DNA of 64,000 bases from Chlorokybus atmophyticus (lineage: Eukaryota > Plantae > Mesostigma and Chlorokybus algae): the NCBI GenBank assembly GCA_009103225.1, contig RHPI01002069.1, positions 1,884,846 to 1,948,845 of the forward strand, read 5' to 3'. A model generated the notes under the pieces. It did no database searches. It saw nothing but the letters and a program-made list of their open reading frames with translations, and was not told the origin of the DNA. Below are positions 12,826-25,662 of this stretch, piece by piece (position 1 is the stretch's first letter; the number at the start of each line of letters is the position of its first letter). A program made the position numbers and the translations under genes.

Positions 12826-13949
12826 GTGCATTGATATTCGATCGCTGCTATATGCAGACCGAAAGCCAGTTTGAGGAGATATAAGATACCATATATGGGG
12901 TAAATGTGCAAGTTGAGAGCTCGAAATCTTGCAAGATAGAAAATTAGATTATGATACGCAAATCATACTTTCAATTTTCATAATGATTCACTATCGTGCT
13001 TATTATTATTTGGCCGCCCTGCGTGTTTTTCCTCGGTTCATCACTGAAAATTGCCTGCAACATGTATGCTGCAGCGCATGATATCAGTCCACTATTTGTC
13101 AGGTTGGCCTACATCAGGGTTTTTTACATGTAGATGTAATGCCACAACCGCACTGCACGCCTTGATCAATCAAGGCTGGGACATAACATATGTATCCGCG
13201 AACAAAATATGTTTTGTTTGCGAACACATAACAAGTCAGATAAAAGAGCCAAATGAGCGGTAGGAAGAGCAGTATATTCATTCGCTATGCATAGCGCATA
13301 CGGGGAACGAACCTTCTGCAGTCACGCAAAAATTAAGCACACTCACGCTGTAGCGCACGCGTCATTTTGCGCAACATGTATCGCAACATGACTCGTCATC
13401 ACAGCATTGACTTATACACGCTTTTATGAACATGTAGATGAACACAATATGCCAGTCATAAGTCATCAATAATGACGCAACGCTTTTGTCTCGGTTGATA
13501 TATGTGATTGTGCTCATGTATATATGTCTTTGAACATGAACTTGTATAACTTGTTACATGGACAGTTCGGTTGTAAAACCAATATTCATGGTTTGTTCAC
13601 TGTCACTCGTGAGTATTGCTTGTTGTATGCCGCAAGAAAAAATGCAAAATATATGAGTTGTTTATATAAACGTAGCTTAAAAAAACTTCTTTTCAAAGTT
13701 TGGGCGCTTCATGCCCACATCCAGGTTTGATCATAAGTAATTAAACGCACCTTGTATTAATAAACTTAAAGAAATTGCATAAGGAAAGATTCAAACGCTC
13801 TTACAACTTCAATGCACATCTTATAAAGCTACGCGATAAACCCGCCAAACGCAATGCTTTTTTATATGTATTTATTCTTTTATAGTTTTAAAATGTAATA
13901 GTTTTAAAACTATTACATTTCAAAGTAATAGTTTTAAAACTGCACAATA

Positions 13950-14950
13950 GTACATATATTGTATATTATTTTTTCAATTTCACCTGAATATATTTCCTTA
14001 TATTAATTAAAAGTGTTACAAGTGTACAATGATATACTTAACATCGACAATAACTATTGCGCTTGCGTTGCAATATCCATATTCACTGCATGCAATTGAG
14101 CTCGCTTGGTTTGATATCATTGTTCATATACTTCAAATACAAAGCAAGTTGTACTTCGTTAAATAAGGAATCATTTGTTACGACTCAAACTTTCCTTTGT
14201 TATATTACGACACCATCAGATCACATTGTACTTGTGTCAAAAGACTTCGATCGTTTTATTAATATACCATCATTATATTGATCGTATACAAATTATTATT
14301 AATATTCATGTCCGGAAAATCAATGGACATACTAGCTGCAGACTGGGTCGGCGTTAACATGTTCTACAAGGTAGATGCCACCCCCAAACACAGTGTCCCC
14401 CGCATACATGACATCTGCAAAATCAGCAATGTTACTAACAAAAATGTTATCTACAGACCGCACCACAGATGTACACCACTTGCATAACAGAGTCTCATGG
14501 CCCTGCATCTTTAATGCACGCACGAAAGTCAATTTCTTGGAACCCAAGGACATGTTTGCCAATTATACCCTTTCATTGATGCCCATAGGAATACCAACTT
14601 TATGCCTGTGTAGTTGGTCCCCTGCGGTGCTGACATACAAGGTGTTAAGCAAAAAAACTCAGCAATGCAGTCAAAGACTCAGCTGTGTAATACTTGCAGG
14701 TGTTGGTGTCTTTGTGCATGTCACTGTGTCGCACCCATTGATGATGTACAACACAATCAACCCACGTTAGTTTTAACACAGCTTGCCTCTGTGCATAGTT
14801 GTAGCAAATGGAACCAGCTTCAACGGCAGCTGTCACATGCACGTAAGAAGATCATCGTAGCTGATTTTTGTGTAAAGATTAGTAAAGTCATAAGATTATA
14901 TTTGCAGTGGAACAAGCTCATCTGTCATTAAGCGAGTTGTATTGGCGTGT
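13950..14950 (-). mobile_element. Decayed Penelope-like element RT, Naiad/Chlamys type
   Basis: Minus-strand motifs LLNTLYVS...VGIPMGIN...LANM (14560-14660) and VVRSVDNIFVSNIADFADVMY...GGGIY (14380-14470), collinear with the copy at 37950-39750. Confidence 0.7.
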
Positions 14951-15048
14951 TGCAGCAGTCAATGCACGCCCATGGATTCGTTCAGTATCCAGCTTACTGT
15001 CAACCTTAGCGTAGCAACATCACGTGCCCACAGTTAATCAAACACGAC

Positions 15049-15383
15049 CGTAACGGAGTGCTACCTCTATACGATTTCCCCGCCCTTATTTATGATTGAA
15101 TAAGGGTCCCGACGGGTATATACAGTAACTTAAGCCGTATTAAGGCCGTTAACCTAGTGTTAAGACCTTAATGTGATGTTATTCATGAATAACACTGATA
15201 TCGACACGAGCCTCGTGTCGACATTCGCTGTATGGCGGCACTGCTGACGCAGCGGCCGCCATAGCCAGGGGATCTTCTGCTCCGGCCGTTGCCCCCCAGG
15301 CTGGCGGCGGCGTGGTCGACGGCCTGGCTGAAGGCGGTGTTGGGGTAGGGGATTATAGGGGACGGTAGCACCCCTTCTTTACA
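15049..15383 (+). mobile_element. 5' LTR of a chromovirus-type Ty3/gypsy element, followed by a degenerate tRNA-iMet PBS (15385-15396)
   Basis: (c)GTAACGGAGTGCTACC...CTTTTACA is homologous to 23010-23247; the next bases taatatcggagc match TGGTATCAGAGC at 9/12. Confidence 0.8.
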
Positions 15384-16199
15384 TTAATATCGGAGCACGG
15401 GCAGCAAGGGACCTGTGGACGGGGCGGCGGCAGGCGACAGGTACTGCAGGGGCGGCGGCAGGCGGTGCGGCGGCAGGCGGGGGCGATGGCAACTAGTGGT
15501 AGTTACGAATTATTTTTTATAAATTGTTGTGGTCCAACGCTGCTGCTGGTGCCTAGCCTAGCCTACCTAGCCTAGCCATGTCATGCCTAACCTGCATGTC
15601 CTAGTCTAGTTTGTTATTGTATAAAAGAGGCGGCCATCCAGACCCCTCCCTCAAGCATTGTATGCAAGAATACACCATAGTGATATAGTTAATTATATTG
15701 TATATTGTGTACCGACCACCATGTGGATTCGTGGTGGTGTAAGGGTATTTATTTATTTTTTATAACTCTCTTGGGGGCAATTCGGTGGTAACATTAACTA
15801 CCTCGTCACCGCTAGTAAGTGCGGTGAGGCCGCCATAAATATATTGGGTGGCCAATATCAAACGCTAGACTTACAACTCAACTCAAGTATTCGGCCTGTA
15901 CGGTCGATTTAACGAGATTTTAGCACCCCGTGTGTCAATTGTAATTGTGAGTGAAGCTGAGTTGTACAACGTGAAAACTTTAAGCAGCCATAGCTCGTGA
16001 ATCGTTGCGTGCATTCGCGTACGGCTTGTGTTAAAGTGATTGTCTAGTTAAGAGGTGTTTGGAGAGCTATTTTTTGAGCTATATACTCTACATAGACCCC
16101 TTGAAACTTGACGAGACAAAAGCACGAAGATTTGTCACTTTTTGCAGGGCACAATCTGTGTATTGTGCACTTGCTAACGGCTTATATCCTTGGGCAATT

Positions 16200-18005
16200 G
16201 GCTGACCAAGGAGAGGGAGGTGAGAAGTACTTCTGAAGTACGAGTCGCCGCGAGGTGAGAAGAACTTCCGAAGTGCGAGTCGCCGTCCCTAACTCATCGT
16301 CATACGAGCCATCGAGTGATGACAAAGTGAGAAAACTGGATACAAGTGAGAGCTACAAGCTCACTGAGAGTGACAAGGAGGAAGCTGAGCAAGATAGCGA
16401 AGCTTCTCCCAACCAGTCTACTCGGAGTGGACCAGCTGCAATAGACACACAAAGTGTCATTAGCTGGGCTATTGAGAAGTATGCCTCAGAGCGTAAGGTT
16501 CCACTTGACACCCACCCTCAGCTTCGTCAGAAAACGTGGGAGGCGTGGGCACAGCAGGTTCGGGATGGCCATGAAACGGATTTTACCACACTTCCTTGTG
16601 CAATCAGGGACGTGGTGATCCGTATGCTGGAGCACGAGTTGATGAAAGATGTTTAACCACTTGTGCGTGGTGATCCCAAAGTGGCTGCTGTAATGGCTGT
16701 TTATAATAAGCCACTCCCATATGAAGGGAAGTGAATGGCATATGAAGCCTCGGCCAACTTGGTGGTGGAAACCTCGCAGCGTTGCAAGGATGTGTTCTGG
16801 TACTTGGGGCCCGACTTTAAGGACAAGTTGGCCGAGTTGAGTTAACAACACGCCTTGATGCTATGCTATGCATCTGAGTTGGTGGCGCTGCGCTAGCAGG
16901 TGGCGGGTGCTACTTCGGCAGCTGGTACGTCATCGGGGCTGCCGGTTACAGTGTTAAACAAACTTGAGAAGTTCAAGCCCAACGGCAGCATTAGCATCCA
17001 CAACCAGGTGGTGAATGTCAAGCACAAATTGACAGCATTAAGACGCCCAGTTGGTGAGCACATTGCTGAGTTGCTTATGCCGTCTGACTTATTCGCCGAA
17101 TGGCGAGACAGACAGATGATGGTGCTTCAAAGGTAGTAGAAGCACTGTATCGGTTTTTGGTGGCACGCTATGGTGGCATGAACCCGGCTACTCAGGCTCG
17201 CAATAAGCTCAGCAAGTTGCGACAGAATGGTCGGGCAGCTTCAGTGTAACTGCAAGAGTTTCAGGCATTGGTGGGTCGCGCCAATAGTGGCCTGATGCCT
17301 ATGGTTAAGGCCGAGCAATTTGAGTTGTGCAAGCGCGGCTTGGATGCGCGTGTTTGTGATCAGTTGTAATATAACACGGCAACGGGACTGCCTCGGGTTC
17401 CTGCCGACTTGGCCATGTTGCAGAAGCTGAGTGCATACATGTATAATAACGACATGTTGATGCAGGTGTAATCACATGTAGCAGCTGCGGCCAAACCGCA
17501 GGGAGTGGGAGGCAAGCGTTACCATCAGCCGAGTGTACATGCGGCAAAGAAGCCGAAGACTTACACGCCCCTCACTGGTGCTACAGGTTCTAAAGGTGGT
17601 GTCGCGCCTGCTGCGGCTCGCAACTGTTTCATGTGTCGTCAGCCGGGCCACGTTGCAAAGAATTGCCCAAAGAAGGTGAAGGGCAAGGCCAAGAAAGCTG
17701 AATAGGATTACTCTATTACTGATGTAAAAGTGGCTGATAGCCAGTCGCTTGAGATGCAGGCAGTGACCTGGTTTAATGATCTCTCCCAAGTGCACGTGGT
17801 GACACACGCATGGCAAGCACATGACAAGCTGCCACTTTCTGATATTGAACATGTGGAAGAAAATGCTTGTGTGCTTGTACATGTGAAGTTTAGCATGCTT
17901 ATCGATGTGTTGCGTGCATTGACTGAGTTGCAAAAGAAGCACAAAACTTTAAGTATGGTGGTGATGGTACCAAAGTATCATGGCCCATGGTTAAAGCATA
18001 CTCTC
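16200..18005 (+). pseudogene. Decayed gag region of the chromovirus, with a CCHC zinc knuckle (17625-17666) and a downstream methylase-like segment
   Basis: CFMCRQPGHVAKNC fits CX2CX4HX4C; several stops and frameshifts; 35-bp tandem duplication at 16217-16286. Confidence 0.75.
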
Positions 18006-18023
18006 GGGGGGGGGGGGGGGGGG

Positions 18024-18079
18024 NNNNNNNNNNNNNNNNNNNNNNNNNNNNNNNNNNNNNNNNNNNNNNNNNNNNNNNN
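18024..18079. other. Assembly gap (56 N) flanked by poly-G
   Basis: Directly visible. Confidence 0.99.
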
Positions 18080-18189
18080 GGGGGGGGGGGGGGGGGGACT
18101 GTGCTGTAGCAATTTAGCAAGCGTAAAGCAGGGACAATACGATTGTCCGCGATATCGATCAACCCTCGCATTCGTCACGGACTCTTGGC

Positions 18190-18650
18190 TACGTCGCAAA
18201 ATGTTTCCCCTACCGGCCGATTACATATTGGCAACGGCCGTGCACCTGAGGATACTCGGTTAGACTGTCGTGGCTCAATCCGCCTGAAATCCCAAGACAG
18301 GGACCTGATATAATGGCTGTCACCATCAGTCTGCGGCCATTTTTATAAAGGGACTGACCTAGCCTGACAGGTACTTGTTAGATACCCATCAATCAAGTAA
18401 AGGGGACTTGACCTAACCAACCGATATCTGATAGTTAGGTACCGACGACTGTACTTTTAAGGTGCCTAATTATCAGGTACCTTTGGGGTACCTTATGGTA
18501 CTTTCAAGGTACCTGATATTGATGTCCCCAGCACCTACCGGTACCGTTTAGTCATGAGCAGGTGCTGCATGCATGCGAATGTCAACTGTGAGAGATGGCG
18601 AGTCACAAGCTTGACCAATCCACAAAATAAAAATAGAAATAAATTACATT
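18190..18650 (+). repeat. Unclassified GGTAC-rich dispersed repeat, copy 1 (copy 2 at 49030-49450)
   Basis: Shared blocks atgtttcccct, ctgaggatactc, gactgtcgtggctca, ataaagggactgacct, aaaggggacttgacctaac, gtaccgtttag. Confidence 0.85.
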
Positions 18651-18799
18651 ACAACCTGTTGCTACGCTACAATGTAAGATTTGCATTGTACATTTCAAGA
18701 ACGGGTGGTACCCGTGTTGTGGACATTTAGTGGCACAATGCAGAATGCAGATTATTCGTTTTTAATTGACACTGGTGCAACACACAACTTTGTTAAGGG

Positions 18800-21700
18800 G
18801 CAATGGGCTGTGCGCAACCAGGGATAACGTGCGAATCCTCAGCATTTTTCGCTGAGTCTGTTCTGACAGGGTGTGATATTCAGGTAGTGGGATACGCGGT
18901 CATTGCGTTCAACGCGCGTCGTGCGCTCTCCTCCGCGCTTAAAAGCATTGGTACTGGGATCTGCTCCACGCATGATGGTCTCCCATGCGTGCTCAACTTG
19001 CTGACCTCGCGGGACAGCTTGAGTGACGTCGAGGACGGGCAATGTAGCTACGCGCGTCGCTGCAGTGGCAGCGGGCTCGACAATGGCACTGGTGGTGGTT
19101 GCGATAGTGCCGCTCAGTGGCGCGAGAGTGGTTTTAACGCTCGCTGACATAGGTGGTCCTGCAGTTGGAGCGGGACCGGTGCGACCTACCGCTGCAAAGT
19201 CGGTGGCAGCAGTGGCTGTCGCCAGCATGCTCACCAGTGTTGGCGATACGGTGCCCACTGATGCACCAACTTCTGGTGCAACTCGAGTAGTTGCTGCTGA
19301 CATTGACGGAGTCGACGTCGTAGCCGGTGCGGCTGTTGCAGCGGATGCAGCACCATCGGTGGCTTCAGAGGAGGTAGCTGCTGACGATGTTGCGGCTTCC
19401 CCTCGAGCTTGTCGGGGTGGTTGAACGCGTGACAAAGTGCTCGTGTCTCTCGTGCGCTTCGGAGCCATTAGTGCTCATCGGGCAGAGCAGCAGGCGCGAT
19501 AGTCCTGCTGCTTGTCTTCCTTCAAGCGTACCATACGCGCCACGAGGGCAGCGATATGGTCATCAGCTGGCGGGCTGGCTGGAGCCTTGGTGGCAACAGC
19601 AGCAGCGCGCGGACGTCTTTCCAGTCCCTTGCGCTGAGGAGGACGATTTTTCCCCTTGTAGCCTTGCTCTTTCTGGCGGGCGTTGGCGTAGTTGTTGTTT
19701 TGGTTATGGCCTCCGGTGTGGTTGCTATTATAACCAGAGTTGTTGCCGTTGTAGCTATTGGCAGGTCTCAACTTAAGGAACTTGAGCCAGCAGACTGACT
19801 CTAAGTGGCCCGTCTTGTGACAGTAGTCGTAGACCAGGGTTGAGTACTCTACGGTGCACTCTTCTTAATGTGCCCAAGCCGACCACAGCGGTGACACAGC
19901 ACAGGGGCAGGCAAAGCAGTATAAGCTTACCGCTTTGTCGCGTGCTGGTGGAGCGTCCCAGCCCCGTTCGCGGCGAGGAGGCTCGGTAGTTGTGCTGGGT
20001 ACAGGCCGTGAGGCACTGCAATTGGTGTCCAGCACTACCTTCTCGTACACCAAGCGCTTATGGATGGCTTGTGCAGTCTCGAAAGCTTCTTTGAGCGTGT
20101 AGCCAAGGGGCCTGCTGTAGTTCAGGGTCAGGCGCGTCGACTCGCTCAGTGTGGCATCCAACTCATTGACATACACCACTGCAGTAGCCTCGTCACAAAT
20201 GATCTCGTAGTTAGTGTCCTTCAACAGCCCTTCCAGCCTGGAGTACAGGCGTAGAGGGTCCTCGTTGGGCTTGTGTCGGAACCGTCTCAGCTCCTCCACT
20301 TTGCTGGTGGTCTGCGGTGGGAAGGTGCGACCAAGTGCAGCGTATAGGTTCTTGGGTCGAGAGTCAGAGATGGCAGCACCTACAGTAATGGCTAGTGCGC
20401 GCAGTGCGACTGACCCGAGGGTGAAAGCACTGCCTCCCGCATGAGAGCCAGGTGTTGCCAAAGGTAGAGGTGTGCCCACCTCAACGGCTGTAGCTCGTTG
20501 TTCTTCAAGGATAGTTGCAGAACGGTCCAAAATCTGGGCCCGTCGTGCGGCCGTCTTGGTCTCAATCTGTGCAGGGGTCAGGTTGACGATCACCAACTCA
20601 GGTTCCTCCTCCTCTGCCCTGTCGATGGCTGCCGCTACTGACAAGCTGGTGACTGCAGCGGGAGTTACAGGTGGCACGACGGCTGCTGGATTGTGAGTGA
20701 CGCAGATGCTATCGTGCTGGCGAGCTCGCCATAGCCATCAACTCGATGCAGTTTAGCAACAGACTTTCAAACATAATGTGCTTAATGGTCCAGATACTGA
20801 GCATTAATGTGCAACAAAATATCATCTGAGTGTTTGTTCTTCAGAGCTTGCTGTCGCATCTTAAAATGGATTTTGATGATGAATTCGTCAAGCGAGGTAG
20901 TGCCAGCACGTCCGCAAAAGCGTAGGGATGTGGTTGAGCTGGAAGACTTCATATCGTAGTCGTTACGGTCGGACGAGAGTGCGGAAGCTCGATGACAAGG
21001 AGTAGACAGGAACGGAGTGAAGCCGGAGACAGAACGCGAGCCTCTGCTGCTGCGATCGTTACTCCCGTCACTGGTCCGCTCGTAGATGAGATTGGAGGTT
21101 GGACTTCAGCTGCTGAGGTCACCCTCGTCTATTGAAGAGAACGGGGTGGGCTTGCTCACAGCTAGTCCACAGGTGAAAGTGTATGCAGGGTAGAGTGTTT
21201 GTGCTCTACTGCCTGTCTTGATGCCGCTACCACTTACTCTAGTAATTGTGTGTGCACTATGTGATGACAGTGATAACGAATGCACAGGGATGTGTCCCTA
21301 GATACAAACTGCACTATCTGATGCAGAATGCGATGCATTCATTTGAGCAAAGAGGGTGACACTTTAAGTCAACAAGCCACTACAATAGGTAGTGCTGTTT
21401 ACCCAGTTTCATGCATGAGTGCAAAATGTGTTGTACTGTTAAGTGAGGTGAATGAGCAAGCAATACGTGGATGCTATGCCCTAATTGATGCCAACACGCA
21501 CACCGCAACTAGGCACACCAAGCTCACAGTAATGACAAGCGCGATGCACGCGAGCATGCACAAGCTCTCACACGGTGAGGGTTTTTTTTACAACCGGGAC
21601 GGCGTGTTTGTGGTTCAAGTTGCTTCACAGGCTCTTAGCTTTCTCACTCACAGTGTCACCACCTGATCCGGCGAACACCGTGACTACTTATACAAGTCAA

Positions 21701-21974
21701 ATCATGACTTTTCAGAACATAAGCTAACGGTCATATCGAGGCTATTTCCACAGAAATCCTCACTCTCTCTATATATAAAACACAACTTATAACTGTACTC
21801 ACAACTGAACAGCTACGCGCAATGCCTATGTAGGCTATGATCATGAGCTAATCTGAGTCATGACCTCACAATAGGTCAGTGACGTGCGCGGGTTGGGATG
21901 CTAGTAAGGCGGGCGAGGGTTTCGATGTAGGCATGCCCGATGAAAGCTGGAATGCGCGGACAATAGGCATGACA
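18800..21974 (-). mobile_element. Truncated copy (5' LTR, leader, gag) of the DNMT-gypsy family at 54530
   Basis: 311-bp TG...CA LTR (21974-21664), PBS-like TGGTGACACTGTGAG, and Gag text VEELRRFRHKPNEDPLRLYSRLEGLLKDT...LNYSRPLGYTLKEAFETAQAI nearly identical to 56221 onward; homology is lost near 18800. Confidence 0.92.
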
Positions 21975-22850
21975 TTGTGTCTGATCGCGATTCGTGCATT
22001 GTGAATCAGCTTTGAAAGTCGCTAAACAGCTTTTTACAGATTTAATAAAACATGTGCACAACTCATCATCCGCAGACGGATGGTCAGACTGAACGCGCCA
22101 ATTAAGTGATTGAGGATACCATCTGACATCATGTGAGTTCCAACCAGAGTGATTGAGATGTCTATCTTTCAATGCCTGAGTTTTCGATCAATTATGCATG
22201 GCAAGAGAGTGGCAGAAAACTCCATTTTCTTCAATTACAAAGTGCATCCACTAACCGAATATCCGATGTTCGCAACTTGAGTCAAGTTGCCCGCTACATT
22301 ACTTGCGTACCTGCAGCGCGCAAGATGTCTTCGGCCGTGCAGGATAGGTTAGCATTGGCAAAGGACTGTTTGCGCGCAGTGCAAGACAGACAAGAACCCC
22401 AAGCTGATGCGCATCGTAGAGAGGCCAGCTACGATGTGGGTTGTTCGGTGCTTCTGAGTACCAAAAACATATCCTAAGGGAGTGGGTACCCGCAAGTTTT
22501 TCCCTCGTTCTATATGCTCTCTCTAAGTGACTGATCGGGTCAGCACTCACGCGTATCGTTTCAACTTACCGAAGTTAATACGCATTCACAATGTGTTTCA
22601 TGTGAGTGTATTGAAACCGTATCATTCTGACAATCGCGTTCAACCTCCTCCACCCCCCATTGCAGTGGATGGCGATGATACTTTCAACACTTTCAAGTAT
22701 GAGTTGAAAGCATTCCCGAGTCACCGTAAGCCTTGACGCGGACGCGCGCCGTCTTACTTGGTACAATGGAAAGTGTATGGTGTTGAGCACAATACGTGGG
22801 AGCCCGAATGGAATCTTACTAATTGTCAGAGATTCTTCGGGGGTACTGAA
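21975..22850 (+). pseudogene. Chromovirus integrase core, GPY/F region and chromodomain (decayed)
   Basis: (I)VSDRD, HPQTDGQTERAN, IHNVFHVSVLKPY and YLVQWKVYGVEHNTWEPEWNLTNC. Confidence 0.92.
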
Positions 22851-22996
22851 GTGCTGTGTCCACACGCGGACGGCTTGCTGGCATTGTGCTGGCAATTGTG
22901 CTGGCAAACATCTTTACCAATTCGGTTCTCTACTGCTTTGGTAGTGCTCATGGTGGGGCTTTGCTAACCATTAAATAAATAAGGACATTGAAATGT

Positions 22997-23247
22997 GAGT
23001 GGGGGGGAATGTAACGGAGTGCTACCTCTATAAAGGTTCCCCGCCCTTATTTAGGATTGGATAAGGGTCCCAACGGGTATATACAGCCAATTAAGCCGTA
23101 TAAGAGCCGTTGACCTAGTGTTAAGGCCCTAATGTAGTGTTACTTATCTGTAACATTGATATCGACATGAGACATGAGGACGGCGTGGCTGGAGGTGGTG
23201 TTGGGGTAGGGGATTGAAGGGAGGAGATAGCACCCCTTCTCCTTACA
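22997..23247 (+). mobile_element. Polypurine tract (22997-23009) and 3' LTR (23010-23247) of the chromovirus
   Basis: gagtgggggggaa immediately precedes TGTAAC...TTACA, which has terminal inverted TGTAA/TTACA and is homologous to 15049-15383. Confidence 0.9.
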
Positions 23248-24424
23248 TGCCTCAGAGTGTCCTTGTACTTTTGATGGATAAGCGGAGGATGCCAAGCGGT
23301 TCGCAGTGTTGGGGGCATGTGTTGCTGCAGCAAAGGCTTTTATAAGATGCCGGGCAGGTTGATGATATCAGCCATTGCACTTGTGAAATCACACTTTATC
23401 ACCAAGCTGATTGCCACCTGCTCTTGGCCTGCGTACATAGGTAGTCCGCATTGCCGTTTTCAGCACCCCTCGCAAAGACGCCACTCGTCCCTTGGTCTGC
23501 AACTGCGCTGATTTTTTCAAATAGAGTAGATTAAACATGCAATAGGCTGCTCGTAGCATTGCAATTGCTGTGAATGTACCCTCATGCATGCAAATGGCTA
23601 TGTAATGTAGGCGACGTTCATAATATCCGTATGCAAACGTGCGCCAACCACTTGGAACGTATGCTTAGGCAACAGAGGCAACACGCGCACGCATAGACAT
23701 CGCGTGCACGTTTGTATGATGGGCGTGACCTCTGGGAGCCCTTGCTTTCCTTGGTGTAGCCAAGTGGCTGGTGACTGCGCATCTTATAATCCAAGCTCGC
23801 TCACATCCCTTTGCTCAACATTGCCATTCCTTGTTAGTATTGCAAAGTGGGACATGTTCAACCGGCAAAATAGACCATACATTAAACTCGTTGCCAACAT
23901 GGCCTTCTCCACTGAGGTAGCCCGCCCACCAGCGGATGCCCGTGCATGCTGCGTCCATCTTTTAAAAGTGGACTGAAAAGTTAGTCCCACATAGCAGCAT
24001 TTATTGCCATTAGTTTAAAACATTATATAGATCACATGTGTTGTATCTGTAACTTGCATCTTAAGCTGCAGTGCCACAATCAAACATTTGCGTCTTATCT
24101 TTTGTACACTGAAATTCGTCAGCAGTCGTTGACTTGCACACGCCGCCGTTGTTGTAGCCATTCCTCTTGGCTTGGCATGGTCGCTAGTTGACGGGCTGTA
24201 AACGCAAACCCTAGGACAGCAAAAACACTACCAGCTTCTACTTGGCCTAGTACAACAAATGCATGCGGCACACAAATGCGCATTGGTATGTGTTTGGTAT
24301 GCGTTCCACATACCCATGCGCAAAAGTGCAATGGCACTGTTTGACCTGCCCCAGGCCGGCCCTGGCACGGGGATCAATGGCCTTTTACCAAACCACCGGC
24401 TCAACCAAAATTCAGGGCAGACAA

Positions 24425-25045
24425 CATAACAAACGATAGAGTTGCTTGCAATAAGCAAACTCACAACCCTGCTCGCAATGCAACAAGCAGTCAAGTGTGT
24501 AAGCACGCCAAGCACACAATTAATCACGTGGGGGCTAAGGTAGAGCTGGGACGACCAAACACTAGCCAAGACCAATTGGGTAACTGAACCCTTGAAGGAA
24601 AGATAGCAGGCATAGCATGTAGCAGGCATGCAACATGTAGCAAGCATGATGAACCACATGCAGAGCGCAGGGAGAGGGCAAGCTGAGTAGAGGTCAGACC
24701 GGGGAGGTGGCAGCAGCAGCATGCACAACTTGAGACCGACAACGACACCTGGACTTGACTCTCAGCGCCAACTCCCGCCTGCAGAATCACTTATGGCGGC
24801 TCTTTGCCGTGGTCTTGCACTTGTTGCTAAGACCCGAGTTGCTAGGTCTGCAGCAGTACGCAGGCTGATGCTCTTTACAGTTAGTGCCACGAGCGAGAAT
24901 TGTAATGTTTGGTTGTGCTGCCAGCAGTCACATGCCGCTCAAGCTCTCGAGCACACACATGCTAGCATGGACAGCATCATAATGTCAGCATCCCAAATCA
25001 GAAGCAACCGGATATAAGAGACATAAGGCCGTGACATACATAGGT
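24425..25045 (-). repeat. Unclassified dispersed repeat, copy 2 (inverted relative to 12270-12825, with an internal insertion)
   Basis: Reverse complement aligns by eye with copy 1. Confidence 0.85.
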
Positions 25046-25662
25046 GTGTACCGGTAGATGCGTGCATGTGTGCGCGGGTGTGTGTACACATCGTGCGATA
25101 CATGATCAAGGCAATCCAAGAATTGATAATCTATAGATATGTACAACTTGTGAACGAAATTATCATGTTTTTGAACTTTATGTAACTATCAAATTTAAAT
25201 TCAACGATGGTAACCTGCATAAAATTGACTGAAATAATATGATACAGACACATATGTATCAAGTTTGACTTGTGCAGTAGACACCCATGCATGTGCAGGT
25301 GCCACTACCATGGCCCACCAATGCTTGCATGGAGCATGAGTGGCAGCAATTCTATACCGTGCATGCCTTCACTTCATCCACAATGGCTGACCATGCCAGT
25401 GGCACCATTGCACACATCAATCAGCAACCACATTCTCTCAACCAGTGTACCTTTTCTCATTACGGTGAAGCTACAGTGCAGCAAATGTACTAGGCAGAAT
25501 TAGCAAGCCATGAAGGAGAAACTCAGAAAGCTATCATAGACCAGAGCGTGCAGCTAACTCTGGCACGCATGTTTGGGCATAAAAGCATGCACACGCTGTG
25601 CTCGAGATGCAGAGCTCTGGCTATGGAATGGCGTTGTCCAGAAGAGGGTATATGTCTTTCGT

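Noticed and set aside
16217-16286. 35-bp tandem repeat as a CRISPR-like array
   Set aside because: Two abutting copies without spacers inside a eukaryotic gag.
23300-24200. Possible minus-strand exons between the LTR and the dispersed repeat
   Set aside because: No consistent splice model or recognisable protein.
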